Assembly: GCA_041485905.1 (NCBI GenBank)
Contig: JBGPKK010000004.1
Coordinates: forward strand, 1,525 to 65,524
Source: Vicinamibacteria bacterium
GTDB lineage: Bacteria > Acidobacteriota > Vicinamibacteria > Vicinamibacterales > CAVVIG01
Direction: 5' to 3'
Length of the DNA stretch: 64,000 nt
Position numbers and translations under genes: made by a program. The notes below the pieces were generated by a model. That model was not told the DNA's origin and made no database searches. It was given only the letters and a program-made list of their open reading frames with translations. This document shows positions 8,942 through 18,313 of the stretch, piece by piece. Every line of letters begins with the position of its first letter. The stretch's first letter is position 1.

Positions 8942-10066
8942 ATGCGGTACACGCCGACTGCCCTGGTGCTCGCTGTCCTCGTTGTCCTCGGGGCCACGCT
9001 CGCGGCGCAGTCGCCCGCGCCATCTCAGGAGCGCGATTTCCTCACTCGTATCCGTCGCCTCACCGTCGACGGGCGCCGCGCCGGCGAAGGCTATTGGTCG
9101 CCTGACGGGAAACGGCTGGTGTTTCAGAGCGAGCGCGAGCCCGGCAATCCCTTCTATCAGATTTACACGCTCGATCTCGGCACTGGCGACACCACACGCA
9201 TCTCGCCGGGCATGGGCAAGACGACCTGCGCGTTCTTCCGGCCGGGAACCGACGAGATCCTCTTCGCGTCGACGCACGCGGATCCGAAATCCAGGCAATG
9301 GCAGGAAGAGGAGCTGGCGTTCCGGGCGTCCGGCAAAGAGCGGCGGTACTCGTGGGACTACGACCCCGAGATGGACATCTACGCCTACAGTGAAAAGACA
9401 GGCGCCCTGAAACGGCTGACGACCGCGCGCGGCTACGACGCCGAGGGCAGCTACTCCCCTGATGGCCAGTGGATCGTCTTTTCGTCGATGCGCGACGCGT
9501 ACGGCCGCACGTTGAACGACCGCGAGAAGAAGATGCTCGACGAGAACCCGAGCTACTTCGCCGAGATCTACATCATGCGCGCCGACGGATCCGGACAGAA
9601 GCGGCTCACCAGCGTCCCCGGCTACGACGGCGGGCCGTTCTTCAACCACGACGGCTCACGCATCGTCTGGAGGCGGTTCGACGAGCAGGGACTGATCGCC
9701 GATGTGTGGACGATGAAGCCGGACGGGTCGGATCAAAAACAGATCACCGATTTCAAATCGATGAGCTGGGCGCCGTACGAACATCCGTCCGGTCAATATT
9801 TCATCTTCTCGTCGAACAAGCTGGGCTTCGAGAACTTCGAGCTGTTCATGGTCGATGCGCAGGGAACCAAGGAGCCGGTGCGCGTCACCTATTCCGATGG
9901 CTTCGACGGGCTGCCGGTCCCCTCTCCCGACGGCACGATGCTCGCCTGGACGTCGAGCCGCTCGGGCGGATCGGCGGGTCAGTTGTTTCTGGCGCAGTGG
10001 AATCATGAAAAAGCGCTCGCAGCTATCAGGCAAGCGCCGCCGCGAAAGATGAAGGGAAAATCATGA
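8942..10066 (+). CDS. TolB-like/PD40 beta-propeller repeat protein, secreted
   Basis: Signal peptide (LVLAVLVVLGATLAAQ). Repeated SPDGKRLVF, SPDGQWIVFSS, SPDGTMLAWTS propeller motifs. Confidence 0.8.
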   Translation: MRYTPTALVLAVLVVLGATLAAQSPAPSQERDFLTRIRRLTVDGRRAGEGYWSPDGKRLVFQSEREPGNPFYQIYTLDLGTGDTTRISPGMGKTTCAFFRPGTDEILFASTHADPKSRQWQEEELAFRASGKERRYSWDYDPEMDIYAYSEKTGALKRLTTARGYDAEGSYSPDGQWIVFSSMRDAYGRTLNDREKKMLDENPSYFAEIYIMRADGSGQKRLTSVPGYDGGPFFNHDGSRIVWRRFDEQGLIADVWTMKPDGSDQKQITDFKSMSWAPYEHPSGQYFIFSSNKLGFENFELFMVDAQGTKEPVRVTYSDGFDGLPVPSPDGTMLAWTSSRSGGSAGQLFLAQWNHEKALAAIRQAPPRKMKGKS

Positions 10067-11904
10067 TGCGTCGCCTGTGCCTCGTCGCTATTGGGGTCGC
10101 CGTGATCTCGGGACGGCCTGTAGGGCACGCCTTTCAAGGCGTGCCGAACGCCGGTTCGACCGCGACGCGTCAACACGTCCAGACGCTGGCATCCGAAACA
10201 TTCGACGGCCGGCTCACGGGATCTGCCGGCGAGCGTCTCGCCGCCGATTACATCGTGTCCGAGCTCCAGAGAATCGGCGCCAAGCCGCTGCCCGGCCAGG
10301 CCGATTACCGCGTGCCGTTCGAGTTCACGGCCGGCAGCCGTGACGGCGGATCGACGCTGTCACTGTCTGGCGCGGGCCCGAATAGAGCCACTCCAACGTT
10401 CGCCGCACGCGCGGATGTGCAGGCCCTCTCTTTCTCCGACAACGCCGACGTCACCGGGCCGCTCGTGTTCGCGGGCTACGGCATCGTCGTCCCGGAGGCG
10501 CAGGACTTCGGGTACGACAGTTACGCGACGCTCGACGTGAAGGACAAGGTCGTGCTGGTGCTGCGGTATTTTCCGGAGGATGCGGAACAGAAGACGAAGG
10601 GGATCCTCGCGCGCTACTCAGATCTCCGCTACAAAGCGCTGGCGGCGCGGCAACGCGGGGCCAAAGCCATGCTCGTCGTCACCGGGCCGCGATCGCCCAA
10701 CGCCGGCGAGACCGTTCCCATGAGCTTCGACACCGCGCTTGCCGGCTCCGGCATCGCGGCGGCGAGCATCAGCGGCAACGTCGCGAAATCCATCTTTGGC
10801 GCCATCCCTGACAAGACACTCGACGCCGTGCAGCAGTCGCTCGACACCGCGAATCCCCACGTCGCCGGCTTCGACATTCCCGGGCTCACCATCACACTGC
10901 ATGCCGCTGTCGTGCGTGAAAAGCAGCAGGGTCACAACATCCTCGCCGTGCTGCCGGCAACCACGCCGCTGACCGGTGTCAGCAAGCCGTGGGTGGCGAT
11001 TGGCGCGCACTACGATCATCTGGGGCACGGCACCAACGGGAGCTCGCTCGCGCGGAAGGAAGAAGCAGGTCGCATCCACTACGGCGCCGACGATAACGCA
11101 TCGGGCACGGCCGCCGTCCTCGCGATCGGCGAAGCGCTCGCGAAGCAGCCTCGGCGGCGCAACGTGCTGCTCGATCTCTGGTCGGGCGAGGAGCTCGGGT
11201 TGATTGGATCGGCGGCGTTCGCCGCGCAGCCGCCGGTGCCGATCGATCAGATCGCGGCCTATCTGAACTTCGACATGGTCGGCCGGATGCAGGACAACAA
11301 GCTCGCGGTGCAGGCCGTCGGCACGTCCTCCGCGTGGGCGAAAATCATCGAGCAGGCGAACATCGCGGCCGGATTCGATGTGCAGGTTCAGCAGGATCCG
11401 TATCTACCCACTGACGTGGGCACGTTCAACGAGGCGGGCGTCCCCAGCCTGAGCTTTACCACCGGCAATCACGTCGACTACCACCGCCCGACCGACACCG
11501 CAGACAAGATCGACTACGAGGATCTCGATCGGGTCGTCGGCTTTGCGGCGGCCATCGCGCGGCGCCTCGAGGATCGCGACGAGCCGCCCACGTTCACGAA
11601 AGTCAGCGAGCCGGCGCAGGGCGGCTCGCGCGCCGGTGTGCGCGTCTTCACCGGCACCATTCCCGACTACACGTCAGAGGTCAAAGGCCTGCTGCTCGGC
11701 GGCGTCATCGGCGGCGGCCCTGCCGAACAGGCCGGCCTGCAAAAGGGCGACGTCATTGTGGAGATTGCGGGTCAGTCGATCACAAACATCTACGACTACA
11801 CTTACGCGCTCGATCTCCTCAAAATCGGCCAGCCGGTGAAGGTCGTGTACGTCCGCGCCGGAAAGCGGACGGAGACGATGCTGACGCCCGCCGCGCGCAA
11901 ATGA
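10063..11904 (+). CDS. M28 family aminopeptidase with PA domain and C-terminal PDZ domain
   Basis: GAHYDHLGHG, GADDNASGTAAVL, SGEELGLIGS and NFDMVG motifs. PDZ-like GLQKGDVIVEIAGQSI. ATGA overlap with the upstream gene. Confidence 0.85.
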   Translation: MMRRLCLVAIGVAVISGRPVGHAFQGVPNAGSTATRQHVQTLASETFDGRLTGSAGERLAADYIVSELQRIGAKPLPGQADYRVPFEFTAGSRDGGSTLSLSGAGPNRATPTFAARADVQALSFSDNADVTGPLVFAGYGIVVPEAQDFGYDSYATLDVKDKVVLVLRYFPEDAEQKTKGILARYSDLRYKALAARQRGAKAMLVVTGPRSPNAGETVPMSFDTALAGSGIAAASISGNVAKSIFGAIPDKTLDAVQQSLDTANPHVAGFDIPGLTITLHAAVVREKQQGHNILAVLPATTPLTGVSKPWVAIGAHYDHLGHGTNGSSLARKEEAGRIHYGADDNASGTAAVLAIGEALAKQPRRRNVLLDLWSGEELGLIGSAAFAAQPPVPIDQIAAYLNFDMVGRMQDNKLAVQAVGTSSAWAKIIEQANIAAGFDVQVQQDPYLPTDVGTFNEAGVPSLSFTTGNHVDYHRPTDTADKIDYEDLDRVVGFAAAIARRLEDRDEPPTFTKVSEPAQGGSRAGVRVFTGTIPDYTSEVKGLLLGGVIGGGPAEQAGLQKGDVIVEIAGQSITNIYDYTYALDLLKIGQPVKVVYVRAGKRTETMLTPAARK

Positions 11905-11980
11905 AGGTTCGCACGAGACGTCCCCACGACACGCCCGCACCGTAACACCTCGTTCGTATTAGCGCCTGATGGCCGCGCGC

Positions 11981-12481
11981 TCATGCGCGCATGGTCCGAT
12001 AGAAGGTGATCAGGTCCATCCCTTGCGGCGGCGCCGCACCAAGCTGCCGCAACATCGTCGTCACCTGACCGCGATGGTACGACCCGTGGTTCACGACGTG
12101 CTGCAGCATGTGCCAGAAGATCGACCGCCGCGCGTCACCATTGACCATGGTGTATTCGAACACGCGGTCCATACCCTGCTCCCCCAATCGATCCAGGACA
12201 GCGCGCACGTTCGATTCGAGCTCGGTCCACTTTGCACGCAGGGTGGCGACGTCCGGCAACGTGTCTACTGGCGGCGGCGCCGTTGGCGACTGCCCGTTCC
12301 ACCGCGAGCACCACGCCCATTCCGCGGCGTATGTGTGCGCGAGCGTGTCGCGGACAGAGCGAAAGCTGCTCCCGAGGTTTCGAGTCAATTCTTCGGGCGT
12401 CAGCTTTTCGGCCGCATCGAGCACCCGGTCGCGCGCCCAGTAGTGGTAATCGAGCAACGTCCGCAGTTCCTCCAGCGTCAT
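11981..12481 (-). CDS. DinB family protein
   Basis: LDYHYWARDRVL...HVVNHGSYHRGQV pattern typical of the DinB/YfiT fold. 4-nt overlap with the upstream gene. Confidence 0.85.
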   Translation of the reverse strand: MTLEELRTLLDYHYWARDRVLDAAEKLTPEELTRNLGSSFRSVRDTLAHTYAAEWAWCSRWNGQSPTAPPPVDTLPDVATLRAKWTELESNVRAVLDRLGEQGMDRVFEYTMVNGDARRSIFWHMLQHVVNHGSYHRGQVTTMLRQLGAAPPQGMDLITFYRTMRA

Positions 12482-13455
12482 TCAGCCTCCTTCGCTCCGC
12501 CTGACCCATCGAACCGACCTGACCCACCCGACCTTGAAATGAGATTCCTCGCGACGAACATGATGTTGGCGGGCCGCTCGGCGAGCCGTCGCATGTACCA
12601 CGGGAACCAGTACTCACCGTAGGAAATCAGCACACGAAGATCGCGGCCAGACGCCACGAGCTGCTGCTGCAGCTTCTGTTGTATCCCGTACAGCATGGCG
12701 TACTGGTAAGCCGAACGAGGCACGTGCTGCGCTTCGATGTGCGCGTTCAGTCGATCGATGAGCCTCGAATCGTGCGTCGCCATGTGCAGGAGCGTTCCGA
12801 CCCGATGCTCGTTCAGGATCCGACACGCCAGACGGTAGTAGTTCTCGTCGACGTCCGATTTCTTTGGGTACGCAACCCGCGGCGACTCGAGGTACGCGCC
12901 TTTGACGAGCCGGACGGCCACGCCGATTGGCAGCAGCGTGTCAAGGTCTCGCTCGGTCCGGTACAAATAGGCCTGCAGCGCCACGCCCACCAGGGGTGAC
13001 CGCGATCGGGCCCGCCGGAAGAGCGCGAGCGTCGCGTCCACGTACTGCGTGCTTTCCATGTCCATCCAGACGAAGTTGCTCCGCTGGGCGGCGCGATCGA
13101 TCAATCGCTGAAGATTATGGGCGCAGAGCTCCGCGTCCAGATCGAGCCCGAGCTGGGTGGGCTTTACCGAGATCTGCGCATCGAGGCGCGCGGCATGGAC
13201 GCGGTCGAGAACCTCGAGGTAGTGCCTCGTCACCTCTTCAGCCGCATCGGCCGTCGTCAGGTTTTCTCCGAGATGCGTCAGGATGGCGCCGATGCCTCGC
13301 GCCTGCTGCCGGGCGGCGGCCGCCATCGCGTCGTCCAGGAGCTCTCCCGGCATGAACCGCGACACGGACCGCATCACGAACGCCGTCTTCGTCGCCCGCT
13401 CGCGCAGCCACGCGTTCGTGGAGGCGGCGAGCAGCAGCGCGCGCGCGATGTTCAC
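12478..13455 (-). CDS. Proline dehydrogenase (monofunctional PRODH)
   Basis: ISVKPTQLG, VWMDMEST, RLVKGAY, ATHD, YGEYWFPWYMRRLAERPAN motifs. Confidence 0.85.
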   Translation of the reverse strand: MNIARALLLAASTNAWLRERATKTAFVMRSVSRFMPGELLDDAMAAAARQQARGIGAILTHLGENLTTADAAEEVTRHYLEVLDRVHAARLDAQISVKPTQLGLDLDAELCAHNLQRLIDRAAQRSNFVWMDMESTQYVDATLALFRRARSRSPLVGVALQAYLYRTERDLDTLLPIGVAVRLVKGAYLESPRVAYPKKSDVDENYYRLACRILNEHRVGTLLHMATHDSRLIDRLNAHIEAQHVPRSAYQYAMLYGIQQKLQQQLVASGRDLRVLISYGEYWFPWYMRRLAERPANIMFVARNLISRSGGSGRFDGSGGAKEAE

Positions 13456-13470
13456 CGTGGAGACCTCTGA

Positions 13471-14262
13471 CTACAGCAGACCCTTGACCATCCCGCCGTC
13501 CACCTGCACCGACGCGCCCGTGACGTACGCCGCGGCATCCGAGAGCAGAAAGGCCGCCACGCGTCCGAATTCGTCGGGATCTCCGTAGCGGCCCATGGGA
13601 ATCGCCGAGACGGAGCGCTGGCGCTGCTCGTCGGGGGAAATGCCGGCCTTCTTCGCGTTGATCGCGTCGATCTCCTGCACACGGTCGGTGCCGATCCGGC
13701 CGGGCACGAGTTGGTTGACGCGAATGCGGCTCGCCGCGAGCTCGAGCGCCAGCGTCTTCGCGAGTGCGGCAACCGATGCGCGCAGCACATTCGAGAGCGC
13801 GATGTTGGGAATCGGTTCCTTCACAGCGGACGAAGTGCTCATGACAATCGCCCCGCCGCCGCGCATCTGCATCGAGGGAACGACGAGCCGGATCTGCCGG
13901 ACGACGCTGAGCACCAGCAGTTCGAATGCCGACTGCCATGCGGCATCGTCGAAATCCAGGACGCGGCCGGCCGGCGGACCGCCAGCGTTCGTGAACAGCA
14001 GGTCGATCCCGCCGAAACGATCCAGCGTGGCCTGATGCCAGCGCGCGATCGCGTCGGCCGAGGCCAGATCACCCGCAGTCGCCAGCACCGGCGTGCCCGT
14101 CTCCTGCTCGATCCGTCGACCTGCGGCGTCGATCGCCTGACGATTGCGGGATGCAATCGAGACCTGCGCGCCGTCGGCGGCGAGAGCGCGCGCGACGGCG
14201 AAACCCAGCCCTTTGCTGGCTCCCCCGACCATTGCTACCTTCCCGCTCAGTTTCAAATCCAC
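13471..14262 (-). CDS. SDR family oxidoreductase
   Basis: GKVAMVGGASKGLG (TGxxxGxG-like) motif. I prefer GTG at 14262 (MDLKLSGKVAMV...) because AGGAG lies 7 nt upstream. The track start at 14286 sits inside a repeat. Confidence 0.8.
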   Translation of the reverse strand: MDLKLSGKVAMVGGASKGLGFAVARALAADGAQVSIASRNRQAIDAAGRRIEQETGTPVLATAGDLASADAIARWHQATLDRFGGIDLLFTNAGGPPAGRVLDFDDAAWQSAFELLVLSVVRQIRLVVPSMQMRGGGAIVMSTSSAVKEPIPNIALSNVLRASVAALAKTLALELAASRIRVNQLVPGRIGTDRVQEIDAINAKKAGISPDEQRQRSVSAIPMGRYGDPDEFGRVAAFLLSDAAAYVTGASVQVDGGMVKGLL

Positions 14263-14280
14263 GCCCGCACTCCTGAATCT

Positions 14281-14375
14281 GGTCACTTGTTCATCGGGTC
14301 ATCTGGTCACTTGAAGCGATTGATTCAAAATGAATGACGAGATAACCAGATGACCAGATGACCAAATTCATGTTC
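14281..14375. repeat. Long imperfect hairpin built from tandem 8-mers (CATCTGGT / ACCAGATG)
   Basis: GGTCATCTGGT (14297-14307) pairs perfectly with ACCAGATGACC (14353-14363). Both arms are tandem 8-mers. The element is AT-rich relative to its flanks and lies between the htrA stop and the SDR start. Confidence 0.7.
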
Positions 14376-14524
14376 GCCCTGATGGTACACGAATTGATGG
14401 GGTTGACCTGAGCCGTGGATGTGGGGGCTGCTGCTGGCCGTCCGGATTCTGGTGACGGTCAACGCAGCAGCCGACCACATCAGTCAGCTCCGGCCCCTCG
14501 GAGAGTTGCTGGGCGGGTCGCGCC

Positions 14525-16039
14525 TTACGCTGTCGGTCGTACTGTCACGAATACGTGGCGCCCTTCGCGATTGATCAGCAGCAGCAACGGTTTGTCGGCG
14601 CTGCGGCGAACCGCCGTCCGCAGGTCCTCGACATTCTCCACCGATTGCCGGTTCACCTGCTCGATCACGTCTCCCGCCTGCAGTCCGGCATCGGCCGCGC
14701 GGCCGTCAGGCCTGACGTCCTCGATGACGACCCCTTTCGTGTTCTTCGGAACACCGAAACGGGAGGCGACCTCGGGCGTCAGCGGGGCCACCGAAATCCC
14801 GAGCGATGTTTTATCGTCGGTCGCCGGCTCCGCGCCTCGCCGCGTGCTTTTTCCAGCCGAGACTTCTTCCGGCTTCACCGACAACGTCTTCTCGCTGCCG
14901 TCGCGCAGCACGACCACACTCGCCGCCGAGCCCGGCTTGGTTTCGGCCACCCGGTTGCGCAGCGTGTTGGTGTCCTGCACCGGCTGTCCGTTGAACGACA
15001 GAATCACGTCGCCCTGTCTGATGCCGGCCCGCTCTGCGGCGCTGCCCGGTTCGACTTCTGACACGATGGCGCCGTTCACCTGCTTCAGTCCGAGAGTGGA
15101 CGCGATGTCTGACGTCACCGGCTGGACCAGTACCCCGAGCCGCGCCCGCGTGACTTTGCCGTTGGCGCGAAGCTCGTCGACGACGTGACGCGCCATGTTG
15201 GCCGGGATCGCAAACCCGATCCCGATGTTCTCGCCCGAGTTGGACAGAATCTGCGAGTTGATGCCCACGAGCTCGCCCTTCGTGTTCACGAGCGCGCCGC
15301 CCGAGTTGCCGTGGTTAATCGGCGCGTCGGTCTGCAGGAAGTCCTCGTAGTTGCGATCCTCGCCGACGGCCGTCGACCGCCCCTTGGCGCTGATGATGCC
15401 CATCGTCACCGTCTGGCCGATGCCGAGAGGATTGCCGACGGCGAGCACCACGTCGCCCACCTGGACGGCGTCGGAGTTCCCAAGGGTGAGGGCGTGCAAA
15501 TCCGACGCGCTGACTTTGATGAGCGCCAGATCGCTGGGCCTATCGGTACCGACCAACTTCGCGGTGACCGTTCGCCCGTCGGTGAGATCGACCTTGATGT
15601 CGTCCGCCCCGTCGACAACGTGATCGTTCGTGAGGATGTACCCGTCGGTGCTGATCACGACGCCGGACCCCAGGCCCCGCTGTTTGAAGGTGCGCGGCTG
15701 CTGGCCGCGGCCGCCGAATTGATCGCCGAAGAAGCGGCGGAAGAGGTCGTCTTCCTGAAGGTCGGTCGGCGATACCTTCGCTTTGCCCTCGACACGAATC
15801 GTGACGACGGCTGGCGCGACCACCTTGACGATATCGGCGTACGAGTCGCGTCCGCCGGCGATGGCATGACCGATGGCCGGCGGCGTCGCCGTCGCGGAAT
15901 GTTCCGTTTTGGCTTGCGTGGTGAGCGCGTCAGCCGCGAGCCCGTGCCACGTCGCGCCGCCGAGCAGCGCGACCGCCGCCAAAGCTGCGAGACCCGCCTG
16001 CGTGGCGCGCCGCGTGAGAGTGGTGCGTTCGTCGTTCAT
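14525..16039 (-). CDS. htrA: HtrA/DegP/DegQ family serine endoprotease with two PDZ domains
   Basis: Catalytic TNDHVV, DLALIKV and GNSGGAL. Two PDZ-like segments. N-terminal signal anchor. Confidence 0.9.
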   Translation of the reverse strand: MNDERTTLTRRATQAGLAALAAVALLGGATWHGLAADALTTQAKTEHSATATPPAIGHAIAGGRDSYADIVKVVAPAVVTIRVEGKAKVSPTDLQEDDLFRRFFGDQFGGRGQQPRTFKQRGLGSGVVISTDGYILTNDHVVDGADDIKVDLTDGRTVTAKLVGTDRPSDLALIKVSASDLHALTLGNSDAVQVGDVVLAVGNPLGIGQTVTMGIISAKGRSTAVGEDRNYEDFLQTDAPINHGNSGGALVNTKGELVGINSQILSNSGENIGIGFAIPANMARHVVDELRANGKVTRARLGVLVQPVTSDIASTLGLKQVNGAIVSEVEPGSAAERAGIRQGDVILSFNGQPVQDTNTLRNRVAETKPGSAASVVVLRDGSEKTLSVKPEEVSAGKSTRRGAEPATDDKTSLGISVAPLTPEVASRFGVPKNTKGVVIEDVRPDGRAADAGLQAGDVIEQVNRQSVENVEDLRTAVRRSADKPLLLLINREGRHVFVTVRPTA

Positions 16040-16130
16040 GGCTATGTTCCCTTTCTTGAAGATCGAATCAGTTGTGCCGCGGAGCTTCGGTCCGCCACAC
16101 CTAATTAGACGGGAGGTAGCCTTTCGAGGA

Positions 16131-16158
16131 CGTTACGCGAACATTACATCGGTGTAAG
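16131..16158 (-). promoter_or_regulatory. Candidate response-regulator boxes upstream of htrA (TTAC-N6-GTAA and GTAA-N7-GTAA)
   Basis: The minus strand reads TTACACCGATGTAATGTTCGCGTAAC, 94-118 nt upstream of the htrA ATG. The direct GTAA repeats have an 11-nt period, as expected for OmpR-family tandem sites. Confidence 0.3.
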
Positions 16159-16184
16159 GTAGGGGGCTCAGAGCTTCGGCAGGA

Positions 16185-17513
16185 CTAAGTCGGCAACGAT
16201 ACTGTGAATACCGATCCCCGGCCGGGCTCACTGGTGACGTCGACCGTTCCGCTGTGCGCCTCTATGACCGCTCGCACCAGGCTGAGCCCAAGCCCGAGGC
16301 CGCGCTCCGCGCGACTCGTGTCTCCCCGAAAGAGGCGGTCCCAGATGCGCGGAAGCTCGTCGGGTCGGATGCCGACGCCCGTGTCGCGGACACGTAAAAG
16401 GGCGCGGTCGCCTTCCCGGAAGACGTCGACGTCAACACGACCGCCGGCCGACGTGTACTTCACCGCGTTATCGATCAGGTTGGCCGCAACCTGCTCGAGC
16501 CTCGTCCTATCAGCGGTGACGACGACCTCGGCGGAGGCGTGCGCCGTGAGGCCGACCCCCTTCGATTCGGCGACATCACGATAGAGATCGACGGCCCGCG
16601 CGACGATATCGCCCAAGCGTACCGGCCCGCGGTGCAGCTGCATCGCGCCGCTCTCGGCCTCCGAAATGTCCATCAGCGTCGTGAGCATCACCAGCACGCG
16701 ATCCGACTCTTCGACGCAATCGGCGAGCGCTTCCCGATAGCGATCGAGATCGGGGGGCGCTGCCAGCGCCATTTCGGCGGTTCCGCGCAGGCGCGTCAGC
16801 GGCGTTCGCAAATCGTGCGACACGTTGTCGAGCGACCCGCGCATGGCCGTCACGAGCCCTTCGATCTTATCGAGCATGGCGTTGAACAGTATCGTCAGCT
16901 CGTCGATCGCATCGTCGCTGCTGTCGCCGGAGAGCGGCACGCGCTCGTCGGTCCGGCCGGTGCGGATGATGCGTCCGACCGCCCGAGTGAGCCGCCGTAT
17001 CGGCAGGATCGCGGAACGCGTCACCATGAAGCCGCCGGTCAGCGCAACGAGGACGACCGTCAGCGTGACGATTCCGAGCGCCGCGCGAAATCTGGCGAGC
17101 AGGTCCTGCCGTGCGTCGGTGCTCTTGCCGACTTGCACAAGCGTGCCGTCCCACAGACTGAGCGAAGCCGTTTCAAGCGCGGAGGGATCCCATCCCTCGG
17201 GTTGACTCAACACGAGGGCCTCGGCGCCTCGATCGACCACGCGCACAAAGAGACGCTCTGGCGCGGTGCGCTGCTCCGCCCGCACCGTGTCCGCGAGCGC
17301 GCCCAGCCCGCCGCGCTGATACGCCGACGCATACTCGCCCAGCTTGGATTGGATGATCTGCCGATCGCGCTGGGCCAGCGATGCCGCCGTCAGCCAGTAC
17401 GTCAGGAAGACGATGACAATCGATCCGCTAACGAACAAAGTGGCATACCACAGGGCCAGGCGCAGCCCGAAGGTCGGAAAAAGTGCACGAGAGTCGTTTG
17501 CAGTTTCTGCCAT
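16185..17513 (-). CDS. Sensor histidine kinase (two TM segments, HAMP, HisKA, HATPase_c)
   Basis: H-box VSHDLRTPLT, N-box LIDNAVKYT, G-boxes DTGVGI and GLGLGLSLV. Confidence 0.85.
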   Translation of the reverse strand: MAETANDSRALFPTFGLRLALWYATLFVSGSIVIVFLTYWLTAASLAQRDRQIIQSKLGEYASAYQRGGLGALADTVRAEQRTAPERLFVRVVDRGAEALVLSQPEGWDPSALETASLSLWDGTLVQVGKSTDARQDLLARFRAALGIVTLTVVLVALTGGFMVTRSAILPIRRLTRAVGRIIRTGRTDERVPLSGDSSDDAIDELTILFNAMLDKIEGLVTAMRGSLDNVSHDLRTPLTRLRGTAEMALAAPPDLDRYREALADCVEESDRVLVMLTTLMDISEAESGAMQLHRGPVRLGDIVARAVDLYRDVAESKGVGLTAHASAEVVVTADRTRLEQVAANLIDNAVKYTSAGGRVDVDVFREGDRALLRVRDTGVGIRPDELPRIWDRLFRGDTSRAERGLGLGLSLVRAVIEAHSGTVDVTSEPGRGSVFTVSLPT

Positions 17514-17537
17514 CTCAAAAAGACTCCCGACCCCTTT

Positions 17538-18212
17538 TTACGATTCGCGTAAGACGTACCCGACGCCCCGGACGGTGTGGAGCAGCTTTTTCTCGAACGG
17601 CCGGTCGATCTTCTCGCGCAGGCGGCTCACCAGCACGTCGACGATGTTGGTCTGCGGATCGAAGCTGTATTCCCAGACGTGCGACAGGATCATCGTTTTC
17701 GACACGACCCGGCCCGGATTGCGCATCAGGTACTCGAGCAGCGCGAATTCACGCGGGCGCAGGTCGATCGGCTGTCCGCCGCGCGTCACCCTTCGCGACA
17801 GGAGATCGAGCACGAGATCGTCGACGGTGAGCGTCGCGGCCTCGGGCGCGCGGGTGGCACGCCGGACGAGCGCCTGCACGCGCGCGAGCAGCTCGGCGAA
17901 GGCGAATGGTTTGGTGAGGTAATCGTCGCCGCCGGCCTGAAGACCCTTCACGCGGTCATCCACCGTGCGGCGAGCGCTGAGAATCAGCACCGGCGTTCCG
18001 ATGCCGCGGCGCCGCATCTCGTCAATGACCGAGAGGCCGTCGCGTTTGGGCAGCATCAAGTCGATGATCGCGACGTCGTAGAGCTGATCCCGTGTGCGCT
18101 CGAGCGCCGCCTCGCCGTCGGGTTCGGCATCGACGGCGAACCCCGCCTCGCGCAGACCCCGCGCCACGAAATCGGCAATCGTGGCATCGTCTTCCACGAT
18201 GAGCGCGCGCAT
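17538..18212 (-). CDS. OmpR/PhoB family response regulator
   Basis: MRALIVEDD..., DVAIIDLMLP, LTKPF, and a winged-helix C-terminus (VHTVRGVGY). Confidence 0.9.
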   Translation of the reverse strand: MRALIVEDDATIADFVARGLREAGFAVDAEPDGEAALERTRDQLYDVAIIDLMLPKRDGLSVIDEMRRRGIGTPVLILSARRTVDDRVKGLQAGGDDYLTKPFAFAELLARVQALVRRATRAPEAATLTVDDLVLDLLSRRVTRGGQPIDLRPREFALLEYLMRNPGRVVSKTMILSHVWEYSFDPQTNIVDVLVSRLREKIDRPFEKKLLHTVRGVGYVLRES

Positions 18213-18313
18213 AGCCGGATCATATCCCCGCGTCGCATGTCGGTACCCTTGGCGTCAGCCCGGCCGTCCGACAGCCTTCGCTCGTCTCGCGAATCTTTAG
18301 GGCTGCCGCTCGA

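Noticed and set aside
12485-12535. CCTGACCCA direct repeats after the DinB start
   Set aside because: They lie inside the in-frame C-terminal tail (SGGSGRFDGSGG) of the proline dehydrogenase gene. They are only two copies with no hairpin, so I treat them as a coding low-complexity tail.
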